Assembly (NCBI GenBank): GCA_038880755.1 | Contig: JAVZRC010000002.1 | Location: 31,821-95,820, forward strand | DNA: 64,000 nucleotides | Reading direction: 5' to 3' | Origin: Candidatus Micrarchaeia archaeon | GTDB taxonomy: Archaea; Micrarchaeota; Micrarchaeia; CABMEP01 | Shown: positions 8,897-16,766 of the stretch, one piece after another | How the letters are laid out: every line of letters begins with the position of its first letter | Position numbering within the stretch: position 1 is the first letter of the stretch | Program-made: the position numbers and the translations under genes | Notes under the pieces: generated by a model | Told to the model about the DNA's origin: nothing | Databases searched by the model: none | What the model saw: the letters and a program-made list of their open reading frames with translations, nothing else

Positions 8897-10180
8897 TTGC
8901 ATATGCCAAACATAAAAGAAGAAATGATAAATTTAAACCCTTGGTGGAAAGGCGAATTTAAATTATCTTTTAAAGATAGAGAGATCTATAGAAAAATTCA
9001 GAAATTCATACCTCTCCCGCAAATAATAGCTTTAACTGGGCTTAGGAGAGTTGGAAAAACAACTATACTTTTTAAGCTTGCTGAAGATGCAATAAACCAA
9101 GGGCTAGATCCTAAAAACATTCTTTATTTCTCTTTTGATGAATTCAAAGCGATCGAAATTAAAAAGATTGTTAGCGAATATGAAGAATTATTTGGAAAAA
9201 ACTTAAGAAATGGTAAATTTCTTTTTCTTTTTGATGAAATACAAAAGTTAGATGATTGGGAAAATCAATTAAAAGCATTTTATGATGTATATGGTAAAAA
9301 TGCAAAGATAATAATATCTGGTTCTGAATCGCTGTTTATAAAAAAGAAATCTAAAGAAACCCTTGCAGGAAGATTATTTGAATTTAAGGTAGAGCCCCTC
9401 TCATTCAAAGAATTTCTAAATTTTAAACAATTGAAATTTGAACCTGTTGAACTATATGAAAGAGAATTAAAAGAACAGTTTAAAGAATTTACTTTAACAT
9501 ATGGTTTTCCTGAGCTAGTAGGCATAAAGGATAAAGAGATCATTAAAAAATACGTTGTTGAAAGCATCGTAGAAAAAGTAATTTACAAAGATATACCCTC
9601 CCTAATGAAAGTAAAAGACATATCTATTATTGCGTCTCTTTTAAATACAATCATGGAGGAACCGGGACAACTTGCCGAAGTTTCTGAGTTTGCAAATAAT
9701 TTGAAAATCTCAAGATATACAACGGCTTCCTATCTTAGATATCTTGAAGATTCATTTCTAATTAGGAAACTCTATAACTTCTCTCGAAGCAGAAGAAAAG
9801 TGGAAAGAAAACTAAAGAAATATTATCCTACTATCATCTCTCCCAGTTTACTTTTCCGTAATGATGAACTTTCGCAATCAAAAGTATTTGAATGGATGAT
9901 TGTAAATCAACTTAGAGCTGAATTCTTTTGGCGAGATGCGTACAAAAATGAAGTGGACATTATCCTATTAAATGAGCAACCCACCCCTATTGAAGTGAAG
10001 TATGGAAAAATTGAATTCGAAGGCTTATCTACTTTCATGGAAAAATTCAATGTTAAGAGAGGTTATATTGTTTCTTTAGATACAGAAGAAAAGAAAAATA
10101 TCGGTGAGAAGGCAGTAGATGTAATTCCAGCCTTTAAATTCTTGTTAAGGCAAAGCACAGAAATTTATGATCAAGAATAG
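8897..10180 (+). CDS. AAA+ ATPase of the COG1373 / DUF4143-type family
   Basis: N-terminal 'NPWW'. Walker A 'GLRRVGKTT'. Walker B 'LFLFDEIQ'. The likely real start is the ATG at 8903. Confidence 0.65.
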   Translation: MHMPNIKEEMINLNPWWKGEFKLSFKDREIYRKIQKFIPLPQIIALTGLRRVGKTTILFKLAEDAINQGLDPKNILYFSFDEFKAIEIKKIVSEYEELFGKNLRNGKFLFLFDEIQKLDDWENQLKAFYDVYGKNAKIIISGSESLFIKKKSKETLAGRLFEFKVEPLSFKEFLNFKQLKFEPVELYERELKEQFKEFTLTYGFPELVGIKDKEIIKKYVVESIVEKVIYKDIPSLMKVKDISIIASLLNTIMEEPGQLAEVSEFANNLKISRYTTASYLRYLEDSFLIRKLYNFSRSRRKVERKLKKYYPTIISPSLLFRNDELSQSKVFEWMIVNQLRAEFFWRDAYKNEVDIILLNEQPTPIEVKYGKIEFEGLSTFMEKFNVKRGYIVSLDTEEKKNIGEKAVDVIPAFKFLLRQSTEIYDQE

Positions 10181-10186
10181 AACAGT

Positions 10187-10339
10187 TCATAAAAGAGTGG
10201 TTGATTCATTGAGGAGTGAAGTCATGTGTTGATGAGGAAGAGAAGGAGTGGTGGTAGCAGAGGCTGGTTTAGTATGATTATATTCTGGCTTTTGGGACCT
10301 CCCAATATGATCCCTATTCGAAACATGAAATAAGATCAT
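10187..10339 (-). pseudogene. 50-aa remnant of the coiled-coil gene 5' end (third copy), cut 7 nt from the ATPase stop
   Basis: My own translation gives 'MILFHVSNRDHIGRSQKPEYNHTKPASATTTPSLPHQHMTSLLNESTTLL*'. It matches the N-terminal module and stops where the full-length gene continues with 'SPEAMKAY'. Confidence 0.6.
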
Positions 10340-10364
10340 AAATCACTTTTTCTAAAAGACATTT

Positions 10365-11168
10365 TTAATCCTTTCTTTTTTCTTTTAATAATTCCTCATA
10401 CATGTTTTCGTTTTCTACGAGGTACTTTTTTAAGTGCTTTATAGCATCATCTCTTTCCGTATCATCAATTTCAATCGGTCCTGTTGAAGTATACACATTG
10501 AATTTTGAATTAGATAATAATTTATATAAATATTCTTTTTCAAATTCAATCAGTTTTTTTCCATATTCAATTGCATCTTTGTAATAAAGATCAATTTCCT
10601 TTTCATTTCGATATTTTCTGTATTCCTCTTTATTAAAGTATAAACCATGTGCTGCGTGAAATAATGCCTCTAAAGTTTCTTCTTTTTTATCTAAAGCACG
10701 AATATCATCTGGATATGATTTTAATCTTTCTTCAACTGATTTCAATTTATTTAACAATCTCGCCTTTGACTGATAATAATTTCTGTCTTCTATAGCGAGA
10801 TAATGATCTGTAACATGATTCAAATCTAATGCAACCGGGTTTCCTGTCTTTTTGTATATAGATTCGAAAATTTTTTTGGCAATTTCTAAACTTTCAGGAG
10901 TACCGTCACCATACCAATAGTTATTGAGGATTTCCAATCCTTTCTTTAATAGCTTATCTTTTTCCACTTCAGCAGCGGCATAAGGTGGGGGCGGTCTTGC
11001 AAGAAGATATATAGCATCCACCCTCTTTGCAGAACTGAAAAGTAATGAAGCACCTAACAGACCTGCAGCTAATGGTTTTTTCATTCTCTGCCATAATGAA
11101 GGCTTCTTTTCTTCCTTCTTTTCTCCTTTCTTTATTATCTTCTCCTCTCTTTCTGCCATAAATATCAT
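10365..11168 (-). CDS. Membrane-anchored/secreted helical protein, paralog C
   Basis: N-terminal 45 aa identical to paralog A. Conserved blocks 'GDGTP.SLEIAKKIFES.YKKTGNP' and 'HGLYFNKE.YR.YR.EKEIDLYY.DAI.YGK.LIEFEKE'. Confidence 0.7.
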   Translation of the reverse strand: MIFMAEREEKIIKKGEKKEEKKPSLWQRMKKPLAAGLLGASLLFSSAKRVDAIYLLARPPPPYAAAEVEKDKLLKKGLEILNNYWYGDGTPESLEIAKKIFESIYKKTGNPVALDLNHVTDHYLAIEDRNYYQSKARLLNKLKSVEERLKSYPDDIRALDKKEETLEALFHAAHGLYFNKEEYRKYRNEKEIDLYYKDAIEYGKKLIEFEKEYLYKLLSNSKFNVYTSTGPIEIDDTERDDAIKHLKKYLVENENMYEELLKEKRKD

Positions 11169-11180
11169 TCGCTGTTTAGA

Positions 11181-11188
11181 TATTTAAA
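11181..11188 (-). promoter_or_regulatory. TATA box (TTTAAATA) of paralog C
   Basis: Same conserved element and spacing as at 7612-7619. Confidence 0.5.
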
Positions 11189-11351
11189 GGTAACTTGAAT
11201 GAGAAAGCAGATGCGTAGATGTTTTGAAGTTTGAGCGCATAGTGCAAACAACAGTAAAAAAGAAAAGTAGAAAAGTTTTTAAAGTATTATTTTGTATACT
11301 ATAAGTATAAGAATACTTTATGACGATTACAATTTGTGAAGGTGATATGGT

Positions 11352-11696
11352 ATGACTCAGAAACAAGCTTGGTTTGTAGGTATCTTGCTGTTGGGCATTT
11401 TCCTTACTAACATCATATATGCGCAAGATTCAAATCTAAGTAATTATACTAAAAATGCTACAGCAGAATTGTTAGGTAAAAATTCTGTAATATGCAAACT
11501 TCTTGGAGTACTTAATGTATTTGGTGCCGTCGCAATGACTTCTGGTATTTTATTAGCAGGTTATAACTTCTTATCTGCAAGCCAGGAAGCAAGGGAAAAA
11601 GGTAAAATCGGAACCGAGGGAGTGTTGATTGGCGGTGGCCTTATAATGATGGCTCCACAAATAGTGTCCTACATCTTCGGTTTCGCGGTTTGCTAA
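11352..11696 (+). CDS. VirB2/TrbC-like (or CedA1/A2-like) small membrane protein 1
   Basis: Signal peptide 'WFVGILLLGIFLTNIIYA', then two hydrophobic helices separated by the charged loop 'SQEAREKGKIGTE'. C-terminal 'IMMAPQIVSYIFG' is shared with 14446-14844. GGTGA SD. Confidence 0.55.
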   Translation: MTQKQAWFVGILLLGIFLTNIIYAQDSNLSNYTKNATAELLGKNSVICKLLGVLNVFGAVAMTSGILLAGYNFLSASQEAREKGKIGTEGVLIGGGLIMMAPQIVSYIFGFAVC

Positions 11697-11718
11697 TTAA
11701 CTACTTAAGGGCGTAGTT

Positions 11719-14373
11719 ATGGCATATCCAATTCCAAAATCAATCGCATACGAAGAAAAAATCGCATTTGGATTGACTTTGAAACAATTAGGTTATGCCA
11801 TAATTGGAATAGCAATCGCATATAATCTGTTTAATATTTTTGCTCCTTTTGATTTTACTATTGCAGCTGTCATTGCATATTTTGTAATTATGATCACTGC
11901 AGGTTTTATCTTTTTAGATTTGGAAGAAAAGCTGTTAATGCTTTTAGATTATCATTTAAACGTTAAACATGGTGGATTCGATTCTCCTGAAGTTAAAAAA
12001 TTCATGGAAGTTGCATCAATACGTGATGATATAATTTTTCTTAAAAATGGAGAAATGAGAGCAGTTATTCGTGTAAGACCGGTAAACTTTTCAACAATAG
12101 ATGAAGAAAAAAAAGAAAGAATAACAGCTCTTTTCGCATCTTTTCTGCAACAATTAGAAGGACCAATTCAACTTCATGTTAGAACTGTCAATGTGGATAT
12201 AAGAGATCAGTTGGATGCATGGGAAAAGCAAATAGAAAAGAGAAATAAAGAACTATTGCCACTTTTCAAAGATTTCAGAAAATATGAAGAACGATTATTA
12301 AGAGAAAATACAGTTAGAGAAAGGCTTTTTTATATCATCGTTCCATTCACTCCTGTAAAAAATGCAAAAGATAACATTGATCAATTAAATAGAAAGGTCC
12401 AAATTATTCAAGAAGCCCTTTTTGGAATTGGTTTAGCAAACAACCGCTTGACTTCTGATGAACTAGTCGCATTTTTAGCAAGTTACTTTGAAGAACGTCT
12501 GTTAGTAAGAAATGAGTATCTGGGAGGGAGGACATTACTATCTCGATGGATAGAAAGTCGAGATGAAAAAATAGCACCAAAACTTAAAGACGAAATGCTT
12601 TCAAGTATATTGTGTCCTTCAAGAATTGAAACAACTCCAGAATACATAAGAATAAATGAAATTTATTATCGTCCTATCATAGGAGTTGGTTTCCCAAAGT
12701 ATGTGGAAAGTGGATGGTTGGAAAGATTAATAGGAACGCGTGACAATTATGACATCTCTATACATATTGAACCAACTTCAATTGAAGCTGCAAAGGTTAT
12801 GTTGCATAAACAGATTGTAAAAGAAGAGGCAGATCTTGCCATATCAATGGCAAAAGGAGTTCCAAACCCATCTTTAGAAAACCTCCTTGCAGATACAAAG
12901 GAATTCTTTGATTGGCTAGATAGAGGAGAGGAACAATTATTTAGTGTAAGTATATATGTAGTCGCAAAAGCAAGAACAAAAGATGAGTTGGACTTCTTAA
13001 CAGCAAAATGTAAATCTGATCTTAATGCTGTATCAATAATACCAAAAATCCCATACTATCAAATGGCAACTGCATTAAAATCAGCAATGCCATTAGGGCT
13101 TGACAGAATTAAAAAGGTAAGAGAATTTCCAACATCAACCCTAGCAGCATCATTTCCCTTCATGACAACTACAGTTGAATCGGATGAGAGCGGAAATGGA
13201 ACTCTAATAGCACATGACAGAGCAACTCTTAATCCAATCATCGTTGATTTCAATAAGCTTTCCAATGCGCATTTCATGCTTCTTGCAAAGAGTGGCGCTG
13301 GTAAATCATACACTAGTAAACTATTGCTTACAAGAATGCTCATGAACGGTGCAAGAATATATGTCGTTGATCCTAATGGTGAATATAATCGACTATGTCA
13401 GCATTATGCTGGAGAACGTATAATTTTATCTAGAGACTCACCAAATATTATAAACCCATTAGATTTATTCAATGAAGACTATGCTGATAAGCGTATATCA
13501 CTCATTGCAATATTCTCAATAATCTGCAACGGATTATCCCCTGTTGCAGAAGGAATAATTGATCGTGTTTTAAATGCAGTATACGAAAAGAAAGGAATAA
13601 CAAATGATCCAGAAACATGGAACAAACGACCACCAATAATGAGTGATGTTCTGGCAGAACTTGAAGAAGAGAAAAAAAGACTTGAAAAAATACAAAATAA
13701 GACTGAACTTAAAGAAGTACAAATGCTGATTACAAAGATAAGCAGATATACAAAGAAGGGAGTTTATGGTTTTGTAGATAAGCAAACAAAATTAGATACT
13801 AGCAAGGGTTTTGTAGTATTTGATATTAATGAATTACCAGATGAAGTAAAGCCACTTTTCATGTTCTTAGTTTTGGATTACATCATAAATATTACAAAAA
13901 GCAATCTCGATAAAAAAGCAGTTGTAATAGATGAGGGCTGGTCATTATTAAATAATCCAAAAACTGCTGAACATCTTTTATGGTTGATAAAGGCATCAAG
14001 AAAATTCAATACCAGCATGATATTTATAACCCAGGAAGTAAATGACCTTTTAGGTACCAAAGCTGGAGAATCTATCCTAGCAAACACTGCAATCAAGATT
14101 ATGCTCGCACAAGATGAGACCGTAATCAACGCATTATCAGACATAATGCATTTAAATGAAACAGAAAAAACTCTATTGACTGTTGCTAAAAGAGGAGAAG
14201 GAATTTTATTCATTGAGAATTCTGTTAGAGTTCCAATCATAATTACAGCATCGCCAAAAGAACATGAATTAATAACCACCCATCCAGAAGAACTAAAGGC
14301 AATACAAGAAGAAAAGAAAGCAGTGAAAGAAAGGGAAAATGCAAGGTCAAAATCAAAAGGAAATGATAAATAA
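11719..14373 (+). CDS. VirB4/TrbE/CedB-like type IV secretion ATPase with an N-terminal VirB3-like 2-TM segment
   Basis: Two N-terminal TM helices. Walker A 'LLAKSGAGKSYTSK'. Walker B 'KKAVVIDEGWSLL'. 'MIFITQEVNDL' block. The size (884 aa) is typical of VirB4/TraC. Confidence 0.75.
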   Translation: MAYPIPKSIAYEEKIAFGLTLKQLGYAIIGIAIAYNLFNIFAPFDFTIAAVIAYFVIMITAGFIFLDLEEKLLMLLDYHLNVKHGGFDSPEVKKFMEVASIRDDIIFLKNGEMRAVIRVRPVNFSTIDEEKKERITALFASFLQQLEGPIQLHVRTVNVDIRDQLDAWEKQIEKRNKELLPLFKDFRKYEERLLRENTVRERLFYIIVPFTPVKNAKDNIDQLNRKVQIIQEALFGIGLANNRLTSDELVAFLASYFEERLLVRNEYLGGRTLLSRWIESRDEKIAPKLKDEMLSSILCPSRIETTPEYIRINEIYYRPIIGVGFPKYVESGWLERLIGTRDNYDISIHIEPTSIEAAKVMLHKQIVKEEADLAISMAKGVPNPSLENLLADTKEFFDWLDRGEEQLFSVSIYVVAKARTKDELDFLTAKCKSDLNAVSIIPKIPYYQMATALKSAMPLGLDRIKKVREFPTSTLAASFPFMTTTVESDESGNGTLIAHDRATLNPIIVDFNKLSNAHFMLLAKSGAGKSYTSKLLLTRMLMNGARIYVVDPNGEYNRLCQHYAGERIILSRDSPNIINPLDLFNEDYADKRISLIAIFSIICNGLSPVAEGIIDRVLNAVYEKKGITNDPETWNKRPPIMSDVLAELEEEKKRLEKIQNKTELKEVQMLITKISRYTKKGVYGFVDKQTKLDTSKGFVVFDINELPDEVKPLFMFLVLDYIINITKSNLDKKAVVIDEGWSLLNNPKTAEHLLWLIKASRKFNTSMIFITQEVNDLLGTKAGESILANTAIKIMLAQDETVINALSDIMHLNETEKTLLTVAKRGEGILFIENSVRVPIIITASPKEHELITTHPEELKAIQEEKKAVKERENARSKSKGNDK

Positions 14374-14445
14374 TTTTGATAAAATATAACATAAATTTTT
14401 AAATATAAATTTCTTATTAGATATATATTCGAATTTAAATTAAAT

Positions 14446-14844
14446 GTGATAACTATGAAAATCAAAAATGAAAAAAATTCAAAAGAAAAAAATAAAGAAA
14501 GGATGAACTTTAAAAAAAATAAAATATTGACATTGGTACTGCTTACATTTATCTTGAATATACTGGTTGCCGTTGTTTCTGCCGCAAACAGCAATGTTAG
14601 AGAAGTAATTGGTAAAATACATGGCTATGCAACGGTTCTAGCAGCAATAGGATTCAGTATAATTATCTTCTATTCAGGTTATAAATTTTATTTTGCAGAA
14701 AGTGAACTTGAAAGGAAAGATGCCTGGACGACTTTAGGGTATGGAATAATAGGTGCTTTGCTGGTTATTATGGCACCTAAGATTGGTAGTTATTTGATGG
14801 GAGATACGTCTCTTTTTTCTAGTGATCCAAAATGTACGATTTAG
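14446..14844 (+). CDS. VirB2/TrbC-like small membrane protein 2 (paralog of 11352-11696)
   Basis: Signal peptide 'LTLVLLTFILNILVAVVSA'. Two hydrophobic helices around 'AESELERKDAW'. 'VIMAPKIGSYLMG' motif. The probable start is the ATG at 14455. Confidence 0.55.
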   Translation: MITMKIKNEKNSKEKNKERMNFKKNKILTLVLLTFILNILVAVVSAANSNVREVIGKIHGYATVLAAIGFSIIIFYSGYKFYFAESELERKDAWTTLGYGIIGALLVIMAPKIGSYLMGDTSLFSSDPKCTI

Positions 14845-16724
14845 ATGATTCCCAGCATGCAAGAAATATAAATCTCAATCATTTCAACCATAATGTTTCA
14901 GACTATAGGGTTAAACAAAATCTAAGAATTGGATTAAATATAAAATTCTTACTACTATATTTTTTATTTCTTGGTTTATTTTCTTATTCTCATACACGGT
15001 CTGATGTTTTTTATGATAAAGATTATAGTATCCAAAATTTCAATAGCCCTTTGCTTGAATATAATTTATGTGAATTAATTGCGAAAAGTTATTATGCCAA
15101 TTGCACTAATGGTGATTTATTCAAACAAATGACAGATCTGTTAAATAGTTTTTTGACAAATTTATTTGGAAGTAAATCAGATACTAGTTGTATATCTCAA
15201 ACAACTAAGCTATTTTTTAACTGCAGTGAAATCTATGAATCAAACCTGACTGAGTATGAGAAAAAAATGTTAATCGCTAATTATCTAATTAATGAAAGTG
15301 GGCCGGAAATGTCTCTAAAAATAAATAAGATCAATAGTATTATTTTGGAGAGGATAAATTCTGATCTTGGTATTCATAGAAAAGTGGCACCATCAAATAC
15401 AAAAGTATACGAGGGTAAACTTTTTAGGAATACTTGGATAAAAATAGTTTACACGAATAATTCATTTGTTGATGAAAATAATAAAACATGGGTTCTTTTC
15501 GGCCAAAAACCAGAATTTATATATAATATTGACTTTGTTTATTTCTTACCAGAAAAAAATGAAGAGGATTGTGCTTCCCCTACAATTAGCAATAAAGGTA
15601 ATTATGATTTTACAATCCATACCTTATATGATGGATTAGAGACAGAATATTTCAATACAACTCAACACGGTAAAGAAGTGAACTTTACAGTTGTTCTTAA
15701 TTTCAATGGTCAATTTAGCTACAAACGATACCACGAAATAACTGTAGAAGTTTGTGATAATCAAACTTGTTGGAATGAAACTAGGTGCGAACCATATGAA
15801 ATAACAATAAAAGAAACAGGTTCGATCTCAGATTCAAAGCTGTTCACGATATTTGGGAATGATATCGCTTCAGCTTATATATTTACAGATAGCAAGAAAT
15901 TTTATAATATGAACAACATAGGAATAAATGGTTTTGCATTTGTCATTATCCCTCCAGTTTATAATTGTATTCTCTCCATCTATGGAAAAAATTTAACTAT
16001 TAGCCATACTCTAGTGTATCCAGATATTTTAGATTCTGCACCATATGATTTTTTAGTACATAGAAGAAATGGTGGCTTCACTCAATTATTCTTTCCGCTT
16101 GATCTTTCTGCTAATTCAATTATTAATTTACAACATGATTATGAGAACAACAACTCTAATCAAGAAGCGATCCAATTGATGTTAGATTATAATGTTCCAA
16201 TTGAGATAATCAATTTATTTAATCATAGCAAAATTATAAGTTTCATTCACTTTAATCTATATTCAAATAATATTTCTGATTGTAGTTTAATGTGTTATAA
16301 TATTTTTGGAACTGTATCGACACAGCAAATAAGTTGCAATTATAATTATTCAAGGAAGAGCTGGATTACAATTGAAAAGAAAAATATTTCAGATAGATAT
16401 ATGGAAGTTAAAATAAAACTAACTGATTCTTTGAACAACTCATTATCAGGAAAGAAACTAAAAATAATCTATCCCGGTTTTATTATCGATGGAATTACAG
16501 ATGCGAATGGAGAGTATATATTAAACATATCAAAAGGAGAGAGAGCGATTCTATTAGATGTCTACTTTGATACTGATGGAAAATATATGAGTTCTTCAAA
16601 TTCGATAGAAATAGATCCTTTACCTAAAGAATCGGAATTTTTATTCTGGATTAAGATTTTTATCGTTTTTGGTTTATTATATTACAGTTATAAGCAGATC
16701 TTGTATATGTATAGATATATCTGA
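14832..16724 (+). CDS. Sequon- and Cys-rich surface protein with N- and C-terminal TM anchors (function unknown)
   Basis: TM 'FLLLYFLFLGLFSY' near the N-terminus and 'FLFWIKIFIVFGLLYYSY' at the C-terminus. Many N-x-S/T sequons. The start overlaps the preceding gene by 13 nt. Confidence 0.6.
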   Translation: MYDLDDSQHARNINLNHFNHNVSDYRVKQNLRIGLNIKFLLLYFLFLGLFSYSHTRSDVFYDKDYSIQNFNSPLLEYNLCELIAKSYYANCTNGDLFKQMTDLLNSFLTNLFGSKSDTSCISQTTKLFFNCSEIYESNLTEYEKKMLIANYLINESGPEMSLKINKINSIILERINSDLGIHRKVAPSNTKVYEGKLFRNTWIKIVYTNNSFVDENNKTWVLFGQKPEFIYNIDFVYFLPEKNEEDCASPTISNKGNYDFTIHTLYDGLETEYFNTTQHGKEVNFTVVLNFNGQFSYKRYHEITVEVCDNQTCWNETRCEPYEITIKETGSISDSKLFTIFGNDIASAYIFTDSKKFYNMNNIGINGFAFVIIPPVYNCILSIYGKNLTISHTLVYPDILDSAPYDFLVHRRNGGFTQLFFPLDLSANSIINLQHDYENNNSNQEAIQLMLDYNVPIEIINLFNHSKIISFIHFNLYSNNISDCSLMCYNIFGTVSTQQISCNYNYSRKSWITIEKKNISDRYMEVKIKLTDSLNNSLSGKKLKIIYPGFIIDGITDANGEYILNISKGERAILLDVYFDTDGKYMSSSNSIEIDPLPKESEFLFWIKIFIVFGLLYYSYKQILYMYRYI

Positions 16725-16766
16725 TATGAATAAATATTAACTCGATGACAAAATTAGGTTGATTTA

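Larger units (their letters stand above)
10192..11195 (-). repeat. Tandem duplicon copy C (left end truncated)
   Basis: 11038-11195 is nearly identical to 7469-7626. 10192-10266 matches 6637-6696 and 7770-7845. Confidence 0.8.

Noticed and set aside
6493-11195. Possibility that the repeated units are a CRISPR array, an IS element or an assembly duplication
   Set aside because: The units are ~1.1 kb, protein-coding and diverged in their centres. There are no short direct repeats with spacers and no transposase or terminal inverted repeats. The mosaic divergence argues against a simple assembly artefact, although read-level confirmation is still desirable.
13878-14594. 238-aa minus-strand ORF overlapping the 3' end of the VirB4-like gene and the second pilin-like gene
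   Set aside because: It is antisense to two well-supported genes with clear motifs. It has a low-complexity F/S/I-rich translation and no start context.
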